A stretch of DNA of 63,230 nt, filler included, from 10 parts of 10 records of this genome joined end to end with filler, not necessarily neighbours in it, one strand, 5' to 3'. Positions 31,854-43,068 are shown, counted from the whole stretch's first letter. Translations and numbers: made by a program. Notes: generated by a model from the letters alone, not told the origin.

Positions 31854-33320
31854 TTAATTGTCCGGCAGTCTCTTCGCTCTCATCGGGTCACCGTCGTAGC
31901 CGAGTGCAACCCAGTCGAGCCGCTTGCCGCTTTTGTGACAGTCCAGACATTTGAGGGCCTTTTCCTTGGGATCAACCTGATGGTTGATCGGCCAGTAGGT
32001 CTCGGTCCTCGCGAACCCATATTCACCGCTGTACTCAAGCCCGCTCACCTTCATTCCTGCTGCAGCCGCCTTGTCCCAGTCAAAGGTCGTCCAGTATGCC
32101 TCGGGATCACCTTTCTCTCCCCAGACCTTCGGGGTAATCAGATAGTTGTAGGTGGAATCATAGATTTGTTTGCCGGTGTGGATCTTAAACGGCATGATCT
32201 TCGCCTCGGAGTCGTCTCTGCTCCCCAACGGGTAGTTCAGCAAGGTCACCCCACTCGGGTCAATCTCATCCCCGATCGTATAGGCCCCGGCCGTTCCGTT
32301 GTACCAGCGGTATGCGGGGACCGCATCGTGCTCGTATACGAACTCACCCTTTTGCGCGATGAATACTTTGTGTCCGTCTTTTGTGATCACGCGTTTGTCT
32401 TCGGGAAGCGTCTTCGGGTCCACCGCTTTTGACCAGTCCCAGGACATCTTGGTGCCATCAGCCTTGGCGAAATGCGAGATATGGCAGGTCTGACAGGCAA
32501 TCCTCTCCGTGTGAGCGTTGTACTGCTCGGCAGTCGGGAAATACCGGTGCGGGCTTTCACCGTGGCAATCGCTGCACGACATGGTGGTTTCACCGCCGGC
32601 GGATACGATCAGCGAGTTTCCGGGTATATCATGGGGGGTGTCGGATGCATGGCATTGCTGGCAGGTAAAATTGAGCCCTTTAGTATCCATGTGCACGTCG
32701 AGTCCCCGCGCCGGGTTTTTCATCGCGTTACTCATATCACCGGCCTTCACGTTATTGCCCCCGCCGCCGAACGCATGACAGACGATGCAGTTCTCGCGAG
32801 TCGGCATTCCGGCATTTCGGGCAATCTCTTCGAGATCGACCGGGTTCTCATCCATCTTTGCATTGTTTGTAAATCCGGCGGGATAACCGGCACCGGCACC
32901 GGGTTTGACATAGTTCCCGGTGGTGTCGTGGCAGACGAGACAATCGACCCGCGTTTCATCGGCAAAATCAAAATTCTCATCCACCCAGCCGTACCCGACA
33001 TGACAGCTCGTACAGCGGGCCCAGTTCGCACCGATAGATACGCAGAAATTATTGATAACATTTGTTTTTCCACGTACCACCTGGCCTTTGCCCGGAATCT
33101 CCTGCAACCGTTTCCAGGTCCAGTGGCTCGTTGCCATCACCTCACTGGCCGCGTCCTCATGACACTCGAGGCACATCTCGGTTACTTCCATGGGTGTGTC
33201 GAAAGGCCCTTCGATTTCGTGATGATCGTTAGCTCGGGCCGCTCCATCCCAGACACTGAGCAGCACGCACACCACTGCCGTAGCGACGACAATCATTGAC
33301 AGGTTTCTCTTGTTAACCAT
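31854..33320 (-). CDS. Octaheme tetrathionate-reductase (OTR) family cytochrome c
   Basis: Eight CxxCH motifs, HWTW, GKTNVINNFC, CTSCHVGYGW; Sec-pathway signal peptide; GAGGAG RBS. Confidence 0.9.
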   Translation of the reverse strand: MVNKRNLSMIVVATAVVCVLLSVWDGAARANDHHEIEGPFDTPMEVTEMCLECHEDAASEVMATSHWTWKRLQEIPGKGQVVRGKTNVINNFCVSIGANWARCTSCHVGYGWVDENFDFADETRVDCLVCHDTTGNYVKPGAGAGYPAGFTNNAKMDENPVDLEEIARNAGMPTRENCIVCHAFGGGGNNVKAGDMSNAMKNPARGLDVHMDTKGLNFTCQQCHASDTPHDIPGNSLIVSAGGETTMSCSDCHGESPHRYFPTAEQYNAHTERIACQTCHISHFAKADGTKMSWDWSKAVDPKTLPEDKRVITKDGHKVFIAQKGEFVYEHDAVPAYRWYNGTAGAYTIGDEIDPSGVTLLNYPLGSRDDSEAKIMPFKIHTGKQIYDSTYNYLITPKVWGEKGDPEAYWTTFDWDKAAAAGMKVSGLEYSGEYGFARTETYWPINHQVDPKEKALKCLDCHKSGKRLDWVALGYDGDPMRAKRLPDN

Positions 33321-33409
33321 ATTTCTCCTCATTGCGTACGTTTCAATGGCAGGGAGCCGAGCGTTCCGGCTGACCCTGCCTGAAGTTGTAGATCTCGTCA
33401 ACCTGACGG

Positions 33410-34761
33410 TCAGGACTTCAGTTTCTGCAACGCCTGCTCCGCCGCTATTGTAATTGGCTCTGCGCTCGGTTCGGATGAAATATCCGGGTTACAGGCCGAC
33501 GTAAAGGTGGTCAATTCTGCAATCGTCCTGCCACCCAGTATGAAGGCACTGACCGCATCGATTTCCCGGGCCGGGGCGATGTCGTGACTGACGATCTGCC
33601 CGCCGATCAGCCTGGTGCTGCTTCGATCGAACACGAGTTTGATTTTCCACGGTTTCATTCCGGGAATCATGTTGTGTTTGCTCCTCGAGTCTACCACCGC
33701 AGAAACCGTGTCGTACCCTTCCTCCACCGCACGGGTTTCCGTCAGACCGGTGGCGGTGATGGTCATATCGAACATCTTGCAGCCGCCGGCATCGAGAACT
33801 CCGGGAAAGGCTATCTCGTATCCGGCCAGGCGCTTTGCTGCCAGCCTGCCTTGCACAACGGCCGGTCCCCGCAGCTGTCCCGGAGTAGGTTTCCCGGTTA
33901 TGAAATTGACTTTTTCGACGCAGTCTCCACCCGCCAGGATATCGGGATCCGACGTTTCCTGGTACTCGTTCACCTTGATACCGAACTGTCCCATCTCCAG
34001 CCCAATCTCCTCGGCAAGCCCGAGATTCGGTCTCACGCCGACATTCATGAACACGACATCGGCGGCTAGTCTGTCCCCGCCATCGAGTTCAACACCTGTG
34101 ACCCGGCCGTCAGCGCCGACTATTTTCTCGACCTTTCTCCCGGTAAACACGTGCAGTCCCTTTTCCTCCAGGTAATCCCGGACAGGGACGGCCATCTCAC
34201 CATCGAGCATCAGCGGCAACGGACGGTCCATCAGTTCGACCACCGATATGTCGTATGAGGAGTCCGATTCTGCGAGCAATGAAGCCACCTCCATACTGAT
34301 GAAGCCGGCCCCGATACATACGATCTTCCGCCCCCGCTCTCGGACAGAAAATTTTTGATTTCCACCGCATCCGGCAGCCCACGCAACGTCAGCACTCCCG
34401 CCAGATCGGCTCCTTCTATCGGCGGAACAAACGAGCGCGAACCGGTTGCCAGAAACAGTTTATCGTAGTCGAACGTCAGCCCTTCCCGGGTATTTACCCG
34501 CTTGTGATCAGCTTCGACGGAAACGACTTCGTCCTGCACCACGTTGACACCAATGCCCTCCAGCATTTTGTCAGGAACGACGATGGAATTCTCAGCGACC
34601 AGACCGGCCGTTACATGGGGCAGCGCTCACCTGACAATGAAGAATTCTTCCTTGCGTACAACCGTGACATCGACTCCCGGCATCAGCTTTTTCGCCATCA
34701 TGGCCGCAGGACCGCCTGCTCCGCTGCAGCCGACAATAATCAGTTTTTCTCCGTCTTTCAT
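33410..34761 (-). CDS. FAD-dependent pyridine nucleotide-disulfide oxidoreductase (NADH oxidase / CoA-disulfide reductase family), predicted selenoprotein (Sec45); extra frameshift ~34331
   Basis: IIVGCSGAG, ATGS, IGAGFISME, TSDPDILAGGD; in-frame TGA 34629-34627 in FIVR-U-ALP at the redox Cys position; GGAGG RBS. Confidence 0.85.
34596..34610 (-). promoter_or_regulatory. Bacterial SECIS-like hairpin
   Basis: CGGCC-GGTCT-GGTCG starting 17 nt after the TGA; apical GGUCU as in the E. coli fdhF SECIS. Confidence 0.7.
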
Positions 34762-34999
34762 GGAAACGCCTCCGTTGATTAGTCAGTTGTGTTCAACACA
34801 TCACCATCATATCCCTTCGAAACTATTTAAGTCTTTGGTTAAACACATATACTCAAAATAAGAGCCGTTGAAAAGGAAAAACGAAACACCTGACAAAAAN
34901 NNNNNNNNNNNNNNNNNNNNNNNNNNNNNNNNNNNNNNNNNNNTTAATTAATTAANNNNNNNNNNNNNNNNNNNNNNNNNNNNNNNNNNNNNNNNNNNN

Positions 35000-36796
35000 A
35001 CCTTTATGTTTTTTTACTATGATATTATACGAGATGTTTAGACCTAATCCAGTTCCCTGTCCAATAGGTTTAGTTGTAAAGAAAGGGTCAAAGACTTTTT
35101 TTACGATAACTTCATTCATACCAGGTCCAGTATCCTCTACTTCGCAATATACATACTCGTCTTCAGTGTAAGTCCTTACAGATATACTCCTTTTTTGATT
35201 TAATTTCATTCCTTTGATAGCTTGAGCAGCATTTACTATTAGATTTAATACAACTTGGTTAATTTCACTTCCGTTGGCTTCAATTATTGGTAATTCACCT
35301 AAATCTTTATTAATATCTGCAACGTATTGATACTCATTTTTTGCTACGCTTAGAGTACTCTCTATTCCTTGATTAAAGTCAAAATTTGATTTTCTTTCAG
35401 AGTCAATTCTCGAGAAATCTTTTAGATTTTTTACTATATGAATAGCTCTCTCTATCCCCTCTTCTGATTCCTCAAATATTGCATTTAAATCTTCAAATAT
35501 AAACTCTAAATCATTTGCAGTTTTAAAATCGACTATATCATCTTTATTATGTTTTAAATGTTTATCGATTATCTCTTCACTGAGTTTGATATAACGATTC
35601 ATCACCGACATATAGTCTTTTAGCACAGTGAAATTACTATTTACAAAACCTAAAGGATTATTTAGCTCGTGGGCAACACCAGCAGCTAATTGCCCAATTG
35701 ATGCTAATTTTTCCTGCTGCAATAGCTGTGATTGGGTAGCCTTTAATTGCTCCAAAGTACAATGAAGTAGAGTATTTTTTTTCAAAGCTTTCTGTTTTCT
35801 TTTCTTTAGTGAAATTTCTCTTTTTTCAATTACCTTAATCATCTTATTAAAGTTCTCTATGAGATTATTTATCTCAACTATATGTGAGTCAATCTCTATT
35901 TTATTCTTATAATCTCCTGTTTCAATTAAAATGGTACTCTCCGTTAACTTTTTAATAGGTTTAATTATGAATTTCCTAAGTAAGAATAATAGTCCGATAA
36001 CTGAAACGAGTGACAAGACAGATATAATTATAATTATCTCGGTTAGCAACTCTCTTATTCCTTTGTTAATATCTGTATTGTCAACGGAAATTTTAATTGA
36101 AAAATCTAAATTATCAAAGAGAATTTCTCTTAGATTTTTATTATTACTACTACCAATTTCATGAATTGCTATATCTTTGTAATAGTATATTTCTTTAATC
36201 CCTTTATAGAGTTCATATTTTTCATCACTAAGGATATTTTCAAATGGGAACTCCATTACTAATACTCCCTCTGGGAGCTGATTATAAAGAATAGGAACTG
36301 CAATCCGCCAGTAATATTTAGACTGATACTCTATTAACTGAGTATAATCGTCAACATCACTATTGATTATACTTTCAAACCACTTAGAGTCGTATTTAAA
36401 TGTTTCAAAAAGTGAATTGGAAGAGATAACATTTCCCTCAAAATCCAATAAAGATATTTGATTTCTTTCGTTTAGAATCTTCAATTCTTTTAGGAAATCT
36501 GATATATTAGCGGTGTTAGCAGATGGCTGCATAACGGTTTGCTTTACTATGGAAAACTCCGTATAGTCTTTCAGTGCAATTTTTCTAGTATCAAGATAGG
36601 TGATAAGTTCATTTTTACGTATCTCATCCTCTCTGTGAAAGTTTAATTGTTGCGCATTCCATATCTCTTTGTTTATCTTAAAAGTCAATGCTGTCGTCAC
36701 CATAATCCCAAGTAAAATAATAAAACTAAAGACTATAAAAGTTGTATACCTCTCCAATGAGAACTTGAATTTAATCTTCATAATAAACAGCTCCAT
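35000..36796 (-). CDS. Membrane sensor histidine kinase with HAMP domain (3' partial)
   Basis: LAAGVAHELNNP, NLIVNA, DTGPG, FDPFFTTK, GTGLGL. Confidence 0.93.
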
Positions 36797-36828
36797 TTCT
36801 TTTTCATCTATTAAAATTACTTAGCAGT

Positions 36829-38055
36829 CTAATCAAGCAATATTATTTCATTATTTTCTCCATATTCGGCAAATCTAATATCATCACCCGAAAGAGCTTC
36901 ATGTGCATCAATGTTCTTTTCATTAAAAATAGAGAAAGGTTTCCTATATGTCTTAATCAAACCTCTTACGGAAATATTAATATTCTCTAACTCAGTTCTA
37001 ATATTATTTCTACTTTCTTTAATATCTCCACTTAGATCAGCTTGTTTCATTGCTTGAATTAATAGTTTAGTTAAATCGAAAGCATGAATGAAACCAGTTG
37101 GAGCCTTAATATCTCTGGCTTTTTTAATGTCATTAGGAAATTCTTTTTTTGCTTGAGCTAAGACAGACTTTTCAAAGGGTTTAAGGTTTTTATTCATAAA
37201 TGAAAAAGATGTCTGGATGAATTTTAAATCAATCTTTGCCCTAATATCTTTTGTAATAACTTTTGAAAAATCACCTCCAGTTATTCCCCAGTGACTCCTA
37301 ATAGGGAGCCTTTCACTTTCATCTAACTCACTCATAGCTTTCATAAATATTTTTCCTTCAGGTGAATTTCCAACGAAAAATATTACGTCAGCTCCACTGG
37401 ATTTTGCGCGTCGCAGCATTACTTTTGCTTGATTTATTCCAATTCCCCAATTAAAGTTCTCAATTCCAACTGCTGTGATATTTAATTTATTGAATGCTTT
37501 ATTCATAGTACTGTTATTTGATTTCCCCCAACCAGTATTTTCAAGGATAAGGTATGGGGATCTATAACCCTCTGAATAAGCGTATTTACTAATAACCTCT
37601 CCAGCTTTTGTATCGTCTATTGATAATCTAAAAATCCAATTTTCGTTCGATGGATATCTAGTGATTGGACCTGCTGCTGCCCAAGGGTCGAGCATAAGTA
37701 TTTTATTTATATTTATGTAATCTCTGGCGGCTAACAATGGTGGTGAATGAAGCCCTGAAAAAATTACCAGTGCATTTTCATCTTGTAAATATCTCTCAAG
37801 GTGTTTGTTTGCCCTAGGAGTACTTCCCCTATGATCTAGAGTGATGATATTTAAATCCATATCTTTAATTTTATATTTTATCTCAGATAAAGCTGTTTTA
37901 ACTCCTTGCTCTATTGCGATTCCAGATTCTTTCGCTCCTGTTCTATCAGCACTGATATAAATGTTAAAAAAACCTTCCTTGGAAAAAACTAAATTTGAGC
38001 TAATTAACATTAAAAACAATAATAAATTTTTCATTAAAATCTCCTTTTTTATCAT
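36829..38055 (-). CDS. Periplasmic binding protein (LivJ-like fold), probably the kinase's partner
   Basis: Signal peptide, LDHRG, GLHSPP, PWAA, WIFRLSIDD; directly upstream of the kinase. Confidence 0.8.
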   Translation of the reverse strand: MIKKEILMKNLLLFLMLISSNLVFSKEGFFNIYISADRTGAKESGIAIEQGVKTALSEIKYKIKDMDLNIITLDHRGSTPRANKHLERYLQDENALVIFSGLHSPPLLAARDYININKILMLDPWAAAGPITRYPSNENWIFRLSIDDTKAGEVISKYAYSEGYRSPYLILENTGWGKSNNSTMNKAFNKLNITAVGIENFNWGIGINQAKVMLRRAKSSGADVIFFVGNSPEGKIFMKAMSELDESERLPIRSHWGITGGDFSKVITKDIRAKIDLKFIQTSFSFMNKNLKPFEKSVLAQAKKEFPNDIKKARDIKAPTGFIHAFDLTKLLIQAMKQADLSGDIKESRNNIRTELENINISVRGLIKTYRKPFSIFNEKNIDAHEALSGDDIRFAEYGENNEIILLD

Positions 38056-38303
38056 TAATATTAAGTGGCTAAATTAACCTATAGAAAACAAAAAACATTA
38101 TATAGAATTAAAGATCTACTATTTGAGTTCTAAAATTCAATACTCTATTCTATGATATACAATTAAATCAAGTAATTTCCTTCATTGATTGCTATAATTC
38201 AAAAAATAGTCTCTTTTATCCTAACAAAATCTTAAAAATCAACGAAAAGAGAAGTATAAAAAATTATAAATTAATTTGCATAATCAAAAAAAATAAAAAA
38301 AAG

Positions 38304-38332
38304 TTGACGGAATAACAAAAATATAGTAAATT
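38304..38332 (+). promoter_or_regulatory. Sigma70-type promoter of the polyamine operon
   Basis: TTGACG-17 bp-TAAATT with an A-rich UP element. Confidence 0.55.
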
Positions 38333-38508
38333 ATATTGGTTGATTAAAATTAAACTCAAAAGTTAGTATTTATAAACTTTTGTATTTTTTTACCTTTTAG
38401 TTTAGTAATACTAACTATTTTTATTATATATAGTATAGTTTAGTTATAGTAAACTATTAATTAAATAAATTAAATTAACTATTTTTTATGGAAAGGACAT
38501 GATGAATA

Positions 38509-39993
38509 GTGTTAGAGCAAAATAGAACACCTCTTTTTTCTGCGTTGAAAGATTTTGGGAAGGAAAATATAATCCCGTTTGATGTTCCAGGGCATAAAAG
38601 GGGAAAAGCATTACCAGAATTCACAGAACATTTTGGTAGAAGGATTATGGAATATGATGTTAATTCCATGAAACAGTTAGATAATCTAAGTAATCCTACC
38701 ACTGTAATAAAAGAAGCTGAAAATCTAATGGCAAAGGCATTTAATGCGGAGCATGCATTTTTCCTTGTAAATGGAACGACATCTGGCGTACAAGCTATGG
38801 TAATGAGTTGTTGTAATCCAGGGGATAAGATAATTATGCCAAGAAATGCACATAAAAGTGCATTGAATGCACTGATTCTTTGTTCAGCAATCCCAATTTA
38901 TGTTCAACCAGATATAAAATTAGAACTGGGGATTACTATGGGAGTTTCGCTCAGTTCAATAAAAAAAGCTGTAGCTGAAAACCCAGATGCAAAAGCAATC
39001 TTTTTGCTAAACCCTAACTATTATGGTGCAGTATCTGAGTTAAAAGAGATTATAGAGTTTGCACATTCTAAAAATATAGCTGTATTAGTTGATGAAGCTC
39101 ACGGTGCTCATTTTAACTTTCATAATGATTTTCCTGCAAATGCTACGAGCTTGGGAGCTGATATGGCAGCAGTTAGTCTTCACAAAACGGGAGGTTCTCT
39201 TACACAGAGCTCTGTCTTATTGATGAATGACGGATTAATAAAAAGAAACAAAGTAAAAAAAATACTAAATTTAACTCAAACAACAAGTGCTTCATATTTA
39301 CTAATGTCAAGCCTTGACGTAGCTAGAAAAAATTTATTTCTAAATGGAAATGAAAAGTTTGGAAAACTTCTAGTTTACTTAGAAGAAACAAGAAAAAAAC
39401 TTAATGAAATCGATAATATATATGCATTTGGAAAAGAGATAACAGATGAAAGTGGAACACCAGATTTTGATTTAACAAAATTAACTATAAACGTAACGAA
39501 GTTAGGTTTAAGTGGTTTTGAAGTTTATGACATTCTAAGAGAAGAATACAATATTCAAGTAGAGTTAGCAGATTCTGATAATATCATGGCAATAGTCAGT
39601 ATAGGTGATACAAAAGAGCACTTAGATTTGCTGGTAGAAGCTTTTATTGATATAGCAAAAAAATACCGTGGAGTAAGGCATGTGGTAGAGCATCCAATAC
39701 TTAAAAATCCAGAGGTTGTTATATCACCTAGGCAAGCATTTTATGCTGAAACTGAGTTATTATACTTGAACGAAGCAAAAGGTAGGATAAGTGGAGAGTC
39801 AATAATGGTTTATCCTCCAGGTATACCAATAGTTGCTCCAGGAGAAAGAATAACGGAGAAAATGATAAATTATATTGAGTTCTTGAAAACGCAAAATGCA
39901 ATATTTAATGGATCGGAAGATTCAAAAGTTAATAAAATTAAAGTACTTATTGATAAAGTAGGAGAAAAAACAGGAGGAAAAAATGAAATTTGA
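38509..39993 (+). CDS. PLP-dependent arginine/lysine/ornithine decarboxylase
   Basis: [37 protein letters not shown]; upstream of speD and speE. Confidence 0.92.
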   Translation: MLEQNRTPLFSALKDFGKENIIPFDVPGHKRGKALPEFTEHFGRRIMEYDVNSMKQLDNLSNPTTVIKEAENLMAKAFNAEHAFFLVNGTTSGVQAMVMSCCNPGDKIIMPRNAHKSALNALILCSAIPIYVQPDIKLELGITMGVSLSSIKKAVAENPDAKAIFLLNPNYYGAVSELKEIIEFAHSKNIAVLVDEAHGAHFNFHNDFPANATSLGADMAAVSLHKTGGSLTQSSVLLMNDGLIKRNKVKKILNLTQTTSASYLLMSSLDVARKNLFLNGNEKFGKLLVYLEETRKKLNEIDNIYAFGKEITDESGTPDFDLTKLTINVTKLGLSGFEVYDILREEYNIQVELADSDNIMAIVSIGDTKEHLDLLVEAFIDIAKKYRGVRHVVEHPILKNPEVVISPRQAFYAETELLYLNEAKGRISGESIMVYPPGIPIVAPGERITEKMINYIEFLKTQNAIFNGSEDSKVNKIKVLIDKVGEKTGGKNEI

Positions 39994-40399
39994 TACACTT
40001 GGGAGACATATATTAGTTGAGTATTATAATTGTGATGAGGATACATTAAGAGATCATAAATTAATTGAGCAATACATGAATGAAGCTGCTGAAAAAGCTG
40101 GTGCAACAATAGTAAATAGTGTTTTCCATCACTTTAACCCATGGGGAGTAAGCGGTGCTGTAATCATATCAGAATCTCACCTTACTATTCATACTTGGCC
40201 AGAGTACGGTTACGCAGCTGTTGACGTATTTACTTGTGGAGATACTGTTAATCCTTGGCTTGGATTTGACCACTTAGAAGAGATGCTTCAAGCTGAGAGA
40301 AGTGAATCTGTAGAAATCCCTAGAGGAATGACAGGGAAAATCCAAAGATTTGCTAATAAGGATCTTGGAGAGATAAAGTTTAAACCTGACGCTGAATAA
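39983..40399 (+). CDS. speD: S-adenosylmethionine decarboxylase proenzyme
   Basis: [25 protein letters not shown]. Confidence 0.95.
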   Translation: MKFDTLGRHILVEYYNCDEDTLRDHKLIEQYMNEAAEKAGATIVNSVFHHFNPWGVSGAVIISESHLTIHTWPEYGYAAVDVFTCGDTVNPWLGFDHLEEMLQAERSESVEIPRGMTGKIQRFANKDLGEIKFKPDAE

Positions 40400-40498
40400 G
40401 ACCTACCCCACTAAATCTCACCTTTATCAATAGGGGAGACTTAAAACAACTTGAAACTAAGTATAAAGGAAATATTGAATGAAATTTGGAGGAAAAAC

Positions 40499-40525
40499 AT
40501 GCTAGATTTATGGTATACTGAGAAC
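40499..40525 (+). CDS. speE: Probable spermidine synthase N-terminus (partial)
   Basis: MLDLWYTEN after GGAGG RBS, following speD; only 9 codons visible. Confidence 0.6.
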
Positions 40526-40625
40526 NNNNNNNNNNNNNNNNNNNNNNNNNNNNNNNNNNNNNNNNNNNNTTAATTAATTAANNNNNNNNNNNNNNNNNNN
40601 NNNNNNNNNNNNNNNNNNNNNNNNN

Positions 40626-40983
40626 CCTGGAAGATGCTGCTGAAATTACAGAAGGCGCAAAATTTAAAGACTCAATTCTGGCATTTATTCAGGTAGAAGA
40701 AAGCGACGAAGAAAAAGATGTAAAAAGTCGTGAGAAAAAACTGGTTAACCATCTTAAATGGACCGCTCGAAAAAACAACTGCAAAAGTGTGATATTACAT
40801 TCTTTTGCTCATTTATCAGAATCGAAAGCTTCTGTGGAATTTACAAAAGAACTTTTTATCCTTGCGGAACAACGACTGCAAAATGCCGATTTCAAAACAG
40901 CTCAAACTCCATTTGGCTACTTCCTCGATTTAGATATTAAAGCACCGGGATTTTCGCTGGCACGCATTTGGGCAAGCCTTTAA
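40626..40983 (+). CDS. Archaeal-type threonyl-tRNA synthetase editing-domain protein (5' partial)
   Basis: AFIQVEESD...ILHSFAHLS...TPFGYF...PGFSLAR, open frame from 40627. Confidence 0.7.
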
Positions 40984-41056
40984 TTGAATGTTTTAACAGA
41001 ATTGGTACGCAATTCACTTTATTCGTGCTTCTTGCATTGTGCTACCAACTTTAAAC

Positions 41057-41064
41057 TATCTTTG
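41057..41064 (+). promoter_or_regulatory. Bacteroidota -7 promoter element
   Basis: TATCTTTG matches TAnnTTTG, 17 bp before the helicase ATG. Confidence 0.55.
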
Positions 41065-41081
41065 CCACAAATTGCAATTAC

Positions 41082-42317
41082 ATGAAGTTTGAGGATTATT
41101 CCATTTCGTTTGAGATAAAGAAAAACCTGGCAAAACAGGGATTGCGCCGCCCTACCGATATTCAGTTTAAGGCTATTCCGCCGGTACTGCGTGGCGAAGA
41201 TGTACTGGCCATTGCACAAACCGGCACAGGAAAAACCGCTGCGTTTGCCATTCCTGTAATTCATAAAATTCAGCAAAAAAAGCAAGCCGGACAAGCCTTT
41301 GGAATAAAATGCCTGGTTATGGCTCCTACTCATGAGTTAGCCGAGCAAATTACTGAAGTATTTAAAAAGATTGCACAAAATACCGGAGTGAAGATCACCG
41401 GCATTATTGGCGGCGTTGAACAAGACCCGCAAATTAAACAATTGCAAAGTGGTGTTGATGTTTTAGTTGCTACTCCGGGCCGTTTGTTCGATTTGGTAAG
41501 CCAGGGACATTTAAAACTGCACACTGCTGATATCCTGATCCTCGACGAAGCAGACCACATGTTAGATCTTGGTTTTATAAAAGACATTAACGACCTGGTG
41601 CGTTTTCTGCCTCACAAAAGGCAAACACTTTTCTTTTCGGCAACCATCAATCCGAAAATTAAAAAGCTGGCTTACTCGCTTGTTAACAATCCAATACGAA
41701 TTCAGATTTCACCTAAAAATCCGGTAGCAAAAACCATCGAACACAAGGTTGCTTTTATCGATATGGACGATAAACGTGCTTTTTTAGAACGGTTGGTAAA
41801 AGAAAATCCGGAAGCAAAAATTTTGGCTTTTGTTCGTACAAAAGTTCGTGCCGAACGGGTAAAAAAAGCGATGGATCGTGTTAAAATAACAGCAGACACA
41901 ATTCATAGTGATAAAGAACAAAGCGAACGAAATACTACCATGAACCGCTTTAAATCAGGCGAATTGAAGCTTTTAATTGCCACCGATGTAAGTGCCCGAG
42001 GAATCGACATTCCGAATGTGGAGTACGTAGTAAATTACGATCTTCCTGAAGTTGCGGAAAACTATGTTCACCGAGTTGGCAGAACCGGTCGTGGCAATCA
42101 AAAAGGAAAAGCAGTATCGTTTTGTAGCAACGATGAAAAAGAAATTTTATCTGAAATTGAAGAGTTTCTCGGCAAAGAAATTATAACTATGCCAATTGCC
42201 AAACAAGACTACCAGGAAACGCTTGATTTTACAGAAGATACCGACTACAATTGGAAGAAACTCATTAGCGATAATGAAAATGAGCTAAAGGCTGCTAAGA
42301 AGAAAAGAAAGAAATAA
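41082..42317 (+). CDS. DEAD-box RNA helicase (RhlE-like)
   Basis: AQTGTGKT, TPGRL, DEAD, SAT, ARGID, HRVGRTGR. Confidence 0.95.
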   Translation: MKFEDYSISFEIKKNLAKQGLRRPTDIQFKAIPPVLRGEDVLAIAQTGTGKTAAFAIPVIHKIQQKKQAGQAFGIKCLVMAPTHELAEQITEVFKKIAQNTGVKITGIIGGVEQDPQIKQLQSGVDVLVATPGRLFDLVSQGHLKLHTADILILDEADHMLDLGFIKDINDLVRFLPHKRQTLFFSATINPKIKKLAYSLVNNPIRIQISPKNPVAKTIEHKVAFIDMDDKRAFLERLVKENPEAKILAFVRTKVRAERVKKAMDRVKITADTIHSDKEQSERNTTMNRFKSGELKLLIATDVSARGIDIPNVEYVVNYDLPEVAENYVHRVGRTGRGNQKGKAVSFCSNDEKEILSEIEEFLGKEIITMPIAKQDYQETLDFTEDTDYNWKKLISDNENELKAAKKKRKK

Positions 42318-42364
42318 GCTTTGAAAAATTCACTATCGACTCTATCACAGCGAATTACAAAATT

Positions 42365-43027
42365 CTATAAATTTTTCATCCAAATATTACGGATTTCGCC
42401 GGTGGTTGTCCATGTACAAATTCCAAATGGTTTCGATAAGTCAACCTCGGGTCGGGTACTCAATTCGTGTCCGGTGTAATTGAAATCAACTAATTTTTCA
42501 CCATCAATCCAGCCGGCAATATTTTCGTCGGTCACCTGAAGTTTTATCTTATACCAAACACCTTTATCAAAACGCATCATTGTGTTGGTTTCGTTGTCCG
42601 ATGCATCTAAACCATCAATACAACTTAATCCAAGAACCGGGCCTCCCCAGCCTCCTATTACGAACGAGCAAAACTCTTCTTTTACCGGGAAAGTCATTCC
42701 ACAAAAGAAATCGTTTCCAACAGTTCTTCGGGCTTCCAGATTAACCTCGTAATTTACTTTTGGAAAATCTTGCGTGTAAGTAATTCCACTGCAACCATCG
42801 CCCATATTAATTACAATTTTGCCTTCGCTAATATTTACCGGACCTTCGGTTCCAAAATTGGTAACTTCCCAGCCCTCCATTGTTTTTCCATCAAAAAGTG
42901 CAGTTCCACCTTCGGAAGCAACAAAGGCTGGTGTTTCATTCTGAGCTTTTTTATTTTTTTTGGATGTGTTTGAGTTGCAAGCTGCCACACAAAAAACAAC
43001 GATTATAAGAATATATTTTAGGTTCAT
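42365..43027 (-). CDS. DUF1080 (3-keto-disaccharide hydrolase-like) lipoprotein
   Basis: Lipobox VAAC, LFDGKTMEGW, GVWYKIKL, EIRNIW. Confidence 0.8.
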   Translation of the reverse strand: MNLKYILIIVVFCVAACNSNTSKKNKKAQNETPAFVASEGGTALFDGKTMEGWEVTNFGTEGPVNISEGKIVINMGDGCSGITYTQDFPKVNYEVNLEARRTVGNDFFCGMTFPVKEEFCSFVIGGWGGPVLGLSCIDGLDASDNETNTMMRFDKGVWYKIKLQVTDENIAGWIDGEKLVDFNYTGHELSTRPEVDLSKPFGICTWTTTGEIRNIWMKNL

Positions 43028-43068
43028 TGTTGAATAGATTTACACCGAAGATATTGAACTTATCTCCA

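Noticed and set aside
8490-34861. Many overlapping antisense or shifted ORFs in the GC-rich contigs
   Set aside because: Shadows of well-supported genes with no recognisable motifs
38488-38508. In-frame ATG...TGA TGA upstream of the decarboxylase as recoding
   Set aside because: No RBS for ATG 38488, no SECIS, and the tandem stops lie within the true RBS region
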